Notes under the pieces: generated by a model
What the model saw: the letters and a program-made list of their open reading frames with translations, nothing else
What the model was told of the DNA's origin: nothing
Databases searched by the model: none
Source of the DNA: the human T2T-CHM13v2.0 reference genome, Homo sapiens
Direction: 5' to 3' (one strand)
DNA: 64,000 nucleotides
NCBI RefSeq assembly: GCF_009914755.1
Contig: NC_060932.1
Part shown: positions 43,488 to 58,473 of the stretch, piece by piece
Numbering within the stretch: position 1 is the first letter of the stretch
Layout of the letters: each line of letters begins with the position of its first letter
Translations under genes and position numbers: made by a program

Positions 43488-44448
43488 TAAACTGATGTGA
43501 CATGAGAAGCTTTATCCTAGAAAGATGGAGGAAGCCTAGCATTGAATAGCTGGGCATTTATTACTAAGTAATTTAAGAAACTTCCCAAATCTTATTAGTT
43601 CTGCTTTTGAAATCTGACCATTCCTTCCCCTGATGGAGGAGGCATCATTTATGGAATAGTCTCTTAAATGGCTCTCCCTGCTCTTGTCCCTCACTGTTCA
43701 TCCTCTACACAGCAACCTTAGTAATCTTCAAACACAGAAATCAGACAACACTATATCGTTTTTCTTGACCAATGGCTTCCATTACACATAACATGAAATC
43801 CAAACTCTTCGCCAAAGGCCCTATTCTATTTTGGCCTCTGCACACTATTCTGCTTCAGTTCATAGCTCCCTTGCCCTCATTCACTACCTTCCAATCACAC
43901 TGGCCTCCTTTTGGTCCCTTAAACATGGGAAGTTAATCCCCCATTAGAACATTGGCTGTTGTTTTACCTTAAGAGCTCCCCCTCCAAATCTTTACTTGGC
44001 ATGTTCCTTCTCTTTGTCAGGAGAATCTCTCCGGGCTTGCTTTTAAATAAAGTATTCTAACAATTTTTTTAACCTAAAATAGGTCCTTCTTCCCCTAATC
44101 CATCTGAAACTTATTATTCTAAGTTGGTTTCTTCATAACATGAATCACGATCTAACAGAATCTCTTACTCACTTAGATACATTCTCATACATTCCAACCT
44201 TTCTGACAAAAGACAATGTTTGTGTATGGTCGATCTCTCCCCCTAGAATATAAACACCTTGAAGATAGGAATTTTATGTTTTCATTGCATTTCTACTCTC
44301 TAGAGCAGTGCCTGACATATGCTCAATGTTCACTGTCAATTCTGGAATGAGTAAATAGTAAATATCATCATTACATTTCTTGTTGGGGAGGGGGTACATC
44401 AGCAAGAAGTCACGAAACTTAACAATGTTGATAATGCTGTGTAAGGCA

Positions 44449-44450
<2 letters not shown>

Positions 44451-44492
<42 letters not shown>
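44451..44492. repeat. (TG)21 microsatellite
   Basis: Uninterrupted TG run. Confidence 0.95.
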
Positions 44493-44494
<2 letters not shown>

Positions 44495-45130
44495 TTTCTT
44501 AGCAGAGTGTGCCGAGGATTTCAGCTAAGCCACTACTTTTACATCCTAATTTCTCTGCTACCCCATTGGGAATTTCCTCAATGTTTTCAAGTGAAAAATT
44601 TACAGTCTCAAAGGATAGGTTGGCTTTTCTTGAAGGAAAATTTGCCTGTAAGAGGTACTAAATTCACTACAGTTCACTCACTGGTACTGTATTTTTCTAT
44701 ATTAACATACCAAATGCTTTATTTTTTTAAATTCAAAAATATTTAAGGATGCATTTTTGTATATTGTCATTGAATTGAAATATAATTATGCCAAAATTTG
44801 AGTTTACCTGGATGCAAACATACAAAAGGTTTTCTCCGAGTCCCTGAGGACAGTCTGTATGAAGCCTCAAAAATGCTTTCATCCAGACTAGACATGACAT
44901 ATGAATCACTGCAAACTCATTGAATGAAAAGTTAATGGGGAGGAAATTGCAGCCATAAAAAGAACTTTCAAAACATTTATAGCTATGATATAGAAATGGT
45001 ATAGAAAGTGGTATGGTTCTTACTCTATTTCAGTAAGACAAAAATTAAGGTTTGACAGCCTATGCAAAGAATAAGTTCTCTCTTTGAAAATCCAGAGGAT
45101 ACGGTTACTCAGATTTATCTTAATAAATCT

Positions 45131-45430
45131 GGCCAGGCGTGGTGGCTCACGCCTGTAATCCCAGCACTTTGGGAGGCCAAGGTGGATCACCTGAGGTCAG
45201 GAGTTCGAGACCAGCCTGGCCAACATGGCAAAACCCTGTCTCTACTAAAGATACAAGAATTAGCCAGGTGTGGTGGCATGTACCTGTGGTCCCAGTTACT
45301 TGGGGTACTGAGGCATGAGAATCAGTTGAACCCAGGAGGCAGAGGTTGCAGTGAGCCCAAATTGTGCCACTGCACTCCCGCCTGGGTGGCAGAGCGACAC
45401 TCTGTCTCAAAATCAAGCAATCAATCAATC
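45131..45430 (+). mobile_element. AluS with (AATC)n tail
   Basis: Dimeric Alu, source of the inverted copy at 42805. Confidence 0.9.
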
Positions 45431-45628
45431 AGTCATGCAAAAATACAACGTCAACAGGATGGAAAGTTATTTCTGATATATATATATCAGAACATTATAT
45501 CAGATATATATACATATCAGAATGTTATTTCTGATATATATTTTTATATATATAATATATATCATATATTATATAATGATTAATTATTATATATTATATA
45601 TACACACATTAATAATATATATTATAAA

Positions 45629-45963
<335 letters not shown>

Positions 45964-46551
45964 TTAATAAATATATAATATATATACACACACATTTTCA
46001 GTTTCCACTCCTAATACCACCCTCTCTGTGTCCTGAACTTCAGCTGCACCAGATTACTAGGTCTTTCTTATGTCATTGTCTTGCACATGCTGTAAACTTT
46101 ACCTGCAATGCCACTTTTTCCTCCTCTTTCATGTACCTGAGGAACTCTGAGTCATCATTCCAAACCCAAAAGACACTCCCATAATCCCAGAGACAAGTTA
46201 GTTGCTGCTTCCTCCAGGAGCTCATTGCAGCCCAACTAATCTTTTACATTGCATTCTAATTTTTCTCAATAGGCTAAGATCCCTGGGGCAAGGATTATGT
46301 TTTATTTGCATTCCTAGAACCTATGTCTCTTGAGTCCTTTAACTGCTTGTTGAAATGGATAAATGAATGAGTAAATCATGCTAAAAATAGTCAGTCATTG
46401 TATTCATTTGGTGACAGCATATTAGAACCTTCTAGAGAATTATTTAACTACTCTTCACATTGACTGCTGGTTTGAGAGTTGCCAAGAAATGTTTTCGCCA
46501 CTTCTTGTGTGGTCTTATTAATAGCATTTCCTTTCTTCTCACAACCCACAG

Positions 46552-47089
46552 GTGTGATTTCAACACAAGACGGCTGGTCCTTTTTCTATAATGCCGTGGT
46601 GAATGTGCTAAATCCAGTGATGGAGAACAACCAGAAGGCAAGCAAGATGAGGACCAAGAAGAAAAAGTCCAAATGAAGCAGAACACCACTTTACTGAATG
46701 GTATCTGTCTCATATGGGGCATACAGTTGGCTCAGGTGTATTTGTGTCTGCCAAGGGAGTTCTGATGCATAGCGCTTCTTATGGGCTTTGGGCTTTCCCT
46801 GATTATTTGGGCCATTGCTGGATTTTTTTTCACTGTTTGGGGATTTATGTTATGCAGAGCCAGGAACCTCAGTCCAAAGTCAGGAGCAAGCTGTACATAC
46901 AACATGCATGGAAGCTTTCAGTGAATTAATTCTCTTCATCCAGTCTTGGTCATCTTTACTCCTCACTGAGCCAACAGGATATGCCATAAACACAATCAAT
47001 CAAATTTATAAAATATGTCATCGCACCACTTTGACCAGACTGTGAGTCCCCATACGAGGCGGTGAATTGGATCTTGGCCACCTGCCTAT
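46552..47089 (+). pseudogene. fossil SLC7 light-chain (y+LAT, SLC7A6/SLC7A7-like) gene, first coding exon
   Basis: Pyrimidine tract plus cag| acceptor. Frame-repaired translation [137 protein letters not shown], then T|gtgaat. Colinear with y+LAT1 [25 protein letters not shown]...LCYAELGT...PSCFAPY...AACI. Confidence 0.92.
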
Positions 47090-47139
47090 GTGAATGTAGT
47101 ATTTTTCCCTTCAGACTCTAATCAAGGAGATTTCATAGG

Positions 47140-47452
47140 CTTTTTTTTTTTTTTTTTTTTTTTTTAGACAGAGTCTCACTCTGTCACCCAGGCTGGAGTG
47201 CAGTGGTGCAATCTCAGCTCACTACAATCTCTGCCTCCTGATTTCAAGCAATTCTCATGCCCCAGCTTCCCACGTACCCAACCAAGTAGCTGGGACTACA
47301 GGCATGCATCACCACACCAGGCTATTTTTTTGTAGGGACAGGGTTTTGCCATGTTGGTCAGGCTGGTCTTGAACTCCTGACCTCAAGCGATCTACCTGTC
47401 TTGGCCTCCCAAAATGCTAGGACTAAAAGCATAAGCCACTGCACCCAGACCA
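47140..47452 (-). mobile_element. AluS
   Basis: T tract plus antisense Alu, TSD cataggct. Confidence 0.9.
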
Positions 47453-48499
47453 TAGGCTATTTTTAAGGCCCTATCAACCTTATATTTTAAATTGAGCTGT
47501 GAGCCAATCTAATTGTGGGAAGTAGCTGTTTCTACTTCTAGTAATATTCAATTTTTAAACTTAGGGCCTTTTATCACCCTGAAAGTTGTATTCATTTATT
47601 GCAGATTATTTTAATTACAAATTTTATTTGTAATTTTATTTTTATTTTAATTAAATTTTATGAAAAATAGTTGGTCACTTCAGGTTCATTCGTAACTAAT
47701 GGTTTATAGTTAGTGGGTGATGAACCTAGAATGAGAATCTAAATCTTGATAGTTTATTTCTGTTCCATTGCATTTCATTATGAATCATCTATATGTTAAA
47801 AACTGTGGGAACATAAAAACAAAGTCTTGTTCAATGAGCTAAGACACATAGCTTAAGCAAAAATAACATTCCATCAGAAATGTATGAACAAGTACTGTAA
47901 TATTTCAAAGGTGAGAGAGAGAATATATGAATTACTTTTAAGAAACAGTTTCTTAGAGAAGGTGACTTAAAGATTGGATTTTGATGAACAAGAAATATGA
48001 GGATATATACAAGAGAGCATTTCATGAGCAGAATGAGCAATCTAACGGTGGGAAGTAGTCAGGAGGGAAGCCATGGCAACAAGGAAATAAGAGCTGTCTT
48101 CTATGTGAATGGCGTGCCTGGAGCTGTAAAAAAATACAAGGAAGCCTTAGTTTTCTCCACATAAGTAGAAGAGAAGCCTGCTGGGGTTCAGCTCAGGCCT
48201 TTGGACCTAACTCTGAGATCTCCTTTATGAAAATTTTCAGAGCTCATGAAGCCACTCTAATCATAGGGTAGGGAAAGGTAGGAAAGATAAACTAAGTAGG
48301 TAAGTTTAAGAACTACTGCGCAAAATCTATTTCTTTAGCATATAGAATGTAGTTTCATTTTCTTAAATGTAGATTTAAGAGTTTTATTTTTTAAACAATA
48401 GACTTTTGTCCTATTGAAAGTTTTCCATGAACACTGATTCTTGGAATGATGTGTTCCTGTGATGTAATTAGCATAATGTTACTTTTCACTTACTATATT

Positions 48500-48625
48500 C
48501 ATTTTCTCTATTTATTAACTGCCTAAGTTTAAAGTGGGAGACCAAAGTGCAATATATTTTCACGCATGCCAAGGTCTCTACCCTCATCTTAACTATATCT
48601 GTGGGTGGCTATTTCAATATTAAAG
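48500..48625 (+). pseudogene. fossil SLC7 y+LAT-like gene, second coding exon (acceptor lost)
   Basis: From 48511: FINCLSLKWETKVQYIFTHAKVSTLILTISVGGYFNIK then G|gtaag. Gap-free against y+LAT1 [38 protein letters not shown]|G. No AG at the expected 5' boundary. Confidence 0.88.
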
Positions 48626-48867
48626 GTAAGACCAAAAGCTAAGTATATGTAAGTAAATAAGCAAAAATTACCCATGGAGTAGTTAAATAAATATTAATTA
48701 TATAAATATTAATTATATATCAGTGAATATCAACTACTATATTACATGAATATTAACCTATGATATAGTTTTTAGAGACTAGACTGATTAGTAAACTCTG
48801 AGTTAGCTAATATTACAGTTTAAAGAAATGTAAACACATACGCAAATTTGTGAAGCATTTCATATTT

Positions 48868-48970
48868 TTGAGGATCAAAAAACTACCTATCAAGTTCTAT
48901 GCTAATTACCTTAGTGATGAAATAATCCATACACCAAACTCCTGTGACGTGCAATTTACCTAACAAACAT
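48868..48970 (+). mobile_element. old primate L1 3'UTR fragment
   Basis: aaaactacctat...gtgatgaaataatc...acaccaaactcctgtgacgtgcaatttacc. Confidence 0.7.
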
Positions 48971-49658
48971 AGGTCTTCCATGTTGCTCTATTTGTTGCTT
49001 GTCTCTATTTTTAAAAACATTTTTTAAAAAAAGTATCAGAGCTTACCTTAAAAAAAAAAAAGAAAATGTTATGACATCTCAGATGTAGCCACTATTAAAT
49101 GTTCTAACTATGAAAAAAGTAAATCTATTTAGCTTTTCAATTTTCAGTGGCTTTTTGGCACAATTATCTCTTTCAATCATCAAAACCCATCTGTAGAATA
49201 AGCAAAGCAAGTATTATTCCCACTTTATAGATCAGGAAAGTGAGAATTAAGATGAAGTTTTTCCCAAAGTTACCCAGGAAAGCCACTCACTAAACCTTTT
49301 GCTTGAAAAATGGTAGCTCTGGGCCTGGCACAATGCTAAATACTGGCTATACAAAGACAAACAAGACATACTCCTGTCCTTCAGGAACCACATCACCATC
49401 TTGAACATGTCTTCAAAATCTTAGATATTATAAAACAAACTGCTTTAGTAACAGACTCCAGAAAAGCACTGTAACACCAAGTCAGGAAACAGATTCTAAT
49501 TCAACTCTAGTGGTTTAGATCAGTTTGAAAAAATTACTGAAACCATGCTAAATTTGTTTTCTCAGCAATTAAATAAAAGTGACCCTGAGGTGAAATTCTT
49601 AGGACCTTCCAGTGTCAAAAATGTAATGAACTGGAGAACATTAAGAATTGATACCTGA

Positions 49659-50310
<652 letters not shown>

Positions 50311-50497
50311 AATTTATATCATTGCGTGATGAATATACCATGTCTTATTAGCTTGCTGCTTTGGTAAGGTAGATACTTTCTTAAAACCATTCTGATAATA
50401 GCGGTTGTTTTATTTGTTACTAAAGGGTTTAGGCCATGCAAATTAGCACCATCCGAAACTCAGATAACTCAAATTAAATAAAAAGTTTTGAAACACT

Positions 50498-53285
<2,788 letters not shown>

Positions 53286-53984
53286 TTGAAACACTATTTT
53301 TTCACCAAACGTGTATTGAACTCTTGGAGGAGAAAAAAATAGAGAAGAAGTATTCTTGCCCTCAAGGAGATCAGATTAGGGATAAAAGAAGAAAACAAAA
53401 ACAAAAACAACCAAATATAATGTACCTGTCTACTAGGAACAATCAGGCCTTAGGAGCTGGAAAATCTTCACCAAATCCAATATGGAAATTAGAAAGAAAG
53501 TGGCATTCTGACCCTCAGTTCTGTAAACTCAAACACAGATTTTGGCACTAGGCTGATAATAAACTTTTTTAATAAAATCAGAATGCAATGCCATTTTTAA
53601 GGGCAAGTAATAGAACTGCTGCTGGGCCTCCATAATTTCTTGGGGAATACCTTCTCTTCTAGTAGTCAGATTTGTGCTCAAGCCTAAATTGTAAATAAAG
53701 GAACATAGATAGGGGGCGTCTAGTCATCTTCCCAACAGAAATACTGTAAATGGGGCTTTAGACTTGAGTATTTGCCCAAGAAATGCATGAATGGATACTA
53801 CAAGGATAACTTCTCTGACCTTCTGCCACCAATTTTAATTAGCTCATTCTTTAGGTATGTTAATACTTCCTAGAAAACTAGCTGTTTTTCAAATTATAAA
53901 CTATTTCATATGTACAGAATATAACAAGGATTTCATGTACCACACACATAAGGTGTTAATATTTTACCATATTTGTTTCCAGAG

Positions 53985-54147
53985 TTTTTTTTTTTTTTTT
54001 TGAGACAGGGTCTCGCTTTGGCACCAAGGCTGGAGTGCCATGGCATGATCATAGCACACTGCAGCCTTGAACTTCTGGCCTCAAGCAATCCCCCTGCCTC
54101 AGCCTCCCTAAGTGCTGGGATTACAGATGTGCACCACTATGCCAGCC
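53985..54147 (-). mobile_element. Alu monomer (FRAM/AluJ fragment)
   Basis: T tract plus gagacagggtctcgc...gggattacagatgtgcaccactatgcc. Confidence 0.8.
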
Positions 54148-54553
54148 TCTTTCAGATTTTAAGAAATAAAACACTATAAATAGAAGGAAAGCTTCATCTC
54201 CTTATCTTTCTCTCATCATCACCACCTTTTTTCTCCTCAGTTTAAACAACTATCCTAAGGTAAATATGAATCATTTCCAAGTACTTTTTACAAATCTGAC
54301 TACATATGAATATATCCATACATAATTATGTCATTTCATAAATGGTACTACACTGTTCATATCCATTTGCAACTTGAGGTTTTCTCTCAACTTACTGGAT
54401 GCGTTGAGGCACATCCATATCTCTATGTCTTGCTGCATTTGCCATAGTGCACACAGCAGAAAAGTGGACGAAGCTGAACTCTACCTCAGGAGGGGAGTAG
54501 ACTATTTCTTTAAGACAACTGCAAATCTCTCCTCTAATCCTTCATGTCATGAC

Positions 54554-55021
54554 TTTTTCCCCACTCTTCCAGTAAGCTTTTATTATCACTTAAGTCATGA
54601 TTCAGGGTCCCACGATGAGCTCCATGTACCCAAGTCCCCCTTTATCACCCTGGGAGAAGGACTTAGGACCGAGGAAAAGTGGGGCAGAACTCATTCTCAT
54701 CTTTCCAGGAATTGTGGCTTCTGCCCCGTGGTCACCCCAGGTTAAGACCCAGAATATGATGCTGGGGGATTTGTACACATTCCCACTACCATTTGCACCC
54801 AGAGACATCACTCTCTTCAGACATCATTACCTTTCCACAGTGGTAGAAATCTGGGTAGTTCTGCCAGCAGTTCCTGAACTGGCTCTGGTTGGGGAAGCAG
54901 CTGTCAAAAGCGGCAGTTCTGTAGTTCTTGACATGGGTCTCGATATATTCTGCTATGTTGCTAACTCCTAAAGATGCCCCTGAGATACCTCTCAGCTCAG
55001 TGTGACCCTCAGCAAAGACTA
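54554..55021 (-). pseudogene. COX6B1P6: COX6B1 processed pseudogene
   Basis: Intronless minus-strand (I)AEYIETHVKNYRTAAFDSCFPNQSQFRNCWQNYPDFYHCGK...CKW* plus shifted VYKS...WGDHGAEATIPGK, matching COX6B1. CDS remnant 54695-54956, start codon now ATA, both UTRs present, AATAAA at 54579-54584, short A tail, TSD tcatga(c/t)tttt. Parent identity is firm; the P6 number is from memory. Confidence 0.9.
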
Positions 55022-55334
55022 TCATGATTTTTTAATTTACTGGGCAGAGAGAAATCTTATTATCAAACTCTTGAAAGAAATAGCATTTTTGTCAATGGTA
55101 CTATTCACACAAGTAACACTTGCAAAAGGTCAGGGAAAATGAGTTGTGTACATTAATAGCCAGGAAAAGATTAAAATTGAAAAGATGGCCCTACATGTCT
55201 TGGGAAAATTTTCTTCAAACTACTGATGTGTGAAACACAGTAGAATGTTGTTGTGTTTGAAAAAGCTCATTGAAAATACCTGGAGAAATTTTTGAAAGGC
55301 AAAGAGTTAGAAAATGAACTAACGTGATATAAAG

Positions 55335-56149
55335 TTAAAAAGCTTTTGCTGAGCAAAGGATACAGTCAACAAAGTGAAGAGACAACCCACAGAATAGGAG
55401 AAAATATTTGCAAACTACCCCTATGATATCCAAGTTGTAAGACAAACTCCTCTTTACTCTTCCCTCTCCTCTCCCCAAGCAAAAGAAAGAACTCTCTTCT
55501 GGGGCTGTGAGCTGTGCTGCCTTGGTATGCGGGGAGGGGTGACACACACACTCCCTTGGCCACCTGGGCTGGTGTCTCACTAGGTCATATGCCTGCCAAA
55601 TCTACTGACTCTGCGCCCAGCACAGCACCAGGACTTGCCCAGGAATCACAGTTCTTGCGGCTTAGACTACCTTTCAACTTTATTTAGGACCCAGAGCGCT
55701 TTAGTCCACAGTGCCGAGGCTTGCCAGAACACAGGTTCTGACTACTGGGATAGGCTACCCGCTCTGGATAGGGCTGGTCTAAATGCTCCCTCCATGGGTG
55801 GTGGCTGAGTTCTGTCCCGTGTTGCTTTTCACTGTGACAAGGTAGCACCGAGTTCCAATGCAAAGTCCACAGATGCTGCATTCTCCCACCCCCAAGGGCA
55901 CAGGCTGTCTTTGTACCATGTGGCCGCTGCTGAGGAATGCTGGAAGAGCATTGTCAGCAATTTAAGGCTGTCTTTCTTATCCTATTCAGTGCCTCTTTGG
56001 GTAATGTGAGGTTAAAACCAGGTACTATGATCATGCACCTGCTTGTTTGTCATGAAGGTGCTTTTTGTGTAGATAGTTGTTAAAGTTGGTGTTCCTGCAG
56101 GGAAGACTATTGGTGGAGGCTTCTATTCAGCCATCTTGCTCAGCCTCCA
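55335..56149 (-). mobile_element. L1MA-type 5'UTR (minus) fused to a short plus-strand ORF2 piece
   Basis: 55335-55420 is sense ORF2 (gagacaacccacagaataggagaaaatatttgcaaactac). 55425-56149 ends ggcttctattcagccatcttgctc, the antisense L1 5' end. Confidence 0.7.
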
Positions 56150-56174
56150 CAAATGCTTTCTGTGAATTTTTTTA

Positions 56175-56520
56175 AAGCAGTCAGACATAGAGAGAATAAA
56201 ACAGTGATTACCAGGGTTGGAGTGTGGGATAGGAATTGGGAAGATATTAGGCCAAAGGATACAAATTAGCAAATATATACGATGAACAAATGGAAAGATC
56301 TAATATACAATGTGAGGACTATAGTCAATAATAGAATGTTATATTCAGGATTTTTTCTAAATGAGTAGATTATAGCTACTCTTGCCATAGGGGGATAAAG
56401 GAGTAACTGTGTGAGACGATGGATATGTTCCTTTGTTCCACTATAGTGACCTTTTTACTGTATATGTGCATCTTATAACATCATGTTCCATATCTTAAAT
56501 ACACATAATGATTTTTTTTA
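56175..56520 (+). mobile_element. L1MA 3'UTR fragment
   Basis: gtgattaccaggg ... gatctaatatacaatgtgaggactatag ... ataacatcatgtt. Confidence 0.75.
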
Positions 56521-57749
56521 AAGAGTCAGCCTTTTCCAGGATGTGGGAAAGGATTTGCTTGCAGCAGCTAAGTAACATGACATACTGTACGTAGTTGTTG
56601 GCCAGGATAATTACACAGCAAATCACTTATGTGGAAAAATACTCAGTAGACGAATACAAAGAGACAGGAGCCACTTGATGAGCATAGCAAAACAAGCTGT
56701 GAAAAATAAATACACATACACACGCTCTGCTCTAATGTTCTTAAAATCCCCCCCGTCACACACTGCAGTTCCCTGTTTGGCCATCTCAGCTGCCCTAAAG
56801 CTGGCTAGAAAAATGATGGGCAATTAGAACGCTGCTCAGCAAACCAATTACAAAAAGAAATAAGATTAGAGTATGGACATGTTTGGAAGAAGATTTAGGG
56901 GAAATCTTTCTAGTTTGAAATGGTGAATATTAAAGATGGAGCAGTTCCCACAATCATTTGAGTCTATTTTTTATTGAAATTATAATAACAAATTAGCTTT
57001 GCTAATCTTATTTCATTTACTACAACAAACCCTATGAAATTTTTGCTGCTCATGGTATAATTGTCCTTATCTTTGAGATGGGTAAACCAGATCATTCAGA
57101 GTGATGTAAGAGGGATTTATCCAAGACTACATGCCAGTGAGTGGGAGAGCTCAAGGCTCAATCTCAGACCTTTTTTTTTTTTTTTTGGTGCAGTGATGTG
57201 ATCATAGATGACTACAGCCTAGAACTCCTGGCCTCAACCACCCACAGTGCTGGGATTCCAAGTGTGAGCTACCATGGCCAGCCAATCTCACGTCTTCTGA
57301 CTCCAGCTACTATGGCATTTCCGCGACACTATGCCTTTTCTTGCCAGTGATGAGTGAGGTCAGCTGCTATCCAGTAAACGAAATGGCTCCAGTTTTTCAT
57401 TTCCTCTTGATTGTCTTGTCTAGTGGTTGCATTAAATCTGGAAGTACTTGGTCCTGTCTGCCTCCAGCCTACTGTTCCCCTGACTCCTGATAAGTGACTA
57501 AACAAAATGACAAGTACAAGGGGATTTCCAGTGCTACTGGCTTGTTTCTGTGTGGTCTTTGATTTTTCAAGAGTAATGAGCAAAAAAAAAACAGAAAAGA
57601 AAAAAGAAAAAAATGTCTCTTATATATGCCATCTAAATTTCTCTCCCTTTCTTTCCATGTGTACTTACATAGAAATACCAGTTGCTGTGTTTGCACAGCA
57701 CCCAGCTGATAATAGCGAAAGCCTCTCATTCTTCACACCCATTTCCCAG

Positions 57750-57846
57750 GCTCTTTAATGTGGGCTCAAGGGAAGGGCACCTCCCCTGCAGTTTAAGCGT
57801 GATCCAAGTGGAATGATTCACACCAGGCCCTGCTCTTCTTTTCAAT
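57750..57846 (+). pseudogene. fossil SLC7 y+LAT-like gene, 97-nt exon
   Basis: ttcccag| 97 nt |gtaagt. Translates (R)[31 protein letters not shown] versus y+LAT1 (R)[32 protein letters not shown]. TGA at 57814-57816. Confidence 0.93.
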
Positions 57847-58169
57847 GTAAGTAAATCTGATGTGTATCTTACAGAAACTGTTATTGGCAAGAATTCCTCC
57901 CCTGTCCCACTCATGTTCTATATTCATATTTCTGAGGATATTCACAGATCTCTACCCATATTTAAGTTAAGGGAAGTGCATCTTAAAGCTTCTTAAATCT
58001 ATGAGAGACCTAAGATCCTGGGCCAGAGACTGACCAGAAACAAGCAGGACATAGGGTCTGAAGAAGCACATTCCTCCCTCAGGTCCTCCGCACACCTTCC
58101 TTCCCCTTTGATGGGACAATCAGGAGGCAGTGTCACATCTGTCCTTACTGAGTTCTTGCTAGTTTTTTT

Positions 58170-58473
58170 TAAATCTATTTATTTATTTATTTATTGACTG
58201 GATTATGAGACCAGCTAATTTTTGTATTTTTGGTAGAGAGGGGATTTTTACCATGTTGACAAGTCTGGTCTTGAACTCCTGGGCTCAAGCTATTCTCCTG
58301 CCTCAGCCTCCTGAGTAGGCGGGGCTACAGGTGCATGCCACCATGCCCGGCTAATTTAGAGATGGGGTTTCACTATGTTGGCCAGGCTGGTCTTCAACTC
58401 CTGACCTCAAGTGATCCACCAGCCTCGATCTCCCAAAGTGCTGGGATTACAAGCGTGAGCCACCGCACCCAGC
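58170..58473 (-). mobile_element. chimeric Alu with a non-canonical 3' end
   Basis: Minus strand reads left arm, right-arm start, left-arm end, then aattagctggtctcataatccagtc and an (AAAT)n tail. Confidence 0.75.

Noticed and set aside
46479-47045. Short ORFs 46479-46676, 46714-46929 and 46815-47045 as independent small proteins
   Set aside because: They overlap the single frameshifted SLC7 fossil exon, and the last two carry its pieces in different frames.
53704-53722. CTCF-like string tagggggcgtc
   Set aside because: The 5' half of the CTCF consensus is absent, so it is too weak to call.
54374-54971. Plus-strand ORFs of 123-124 aa
   Set aside because: Antisense shadows of the COX6B1 retrocopy and adjacent old repeat sequence.
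57420-57695. VVAL and IPVAV peptides as remnants of the 104-nt SLC7 exon
   Set aside because: Only 4-5 residues match, with no colinear continuation or fitting splice sites.
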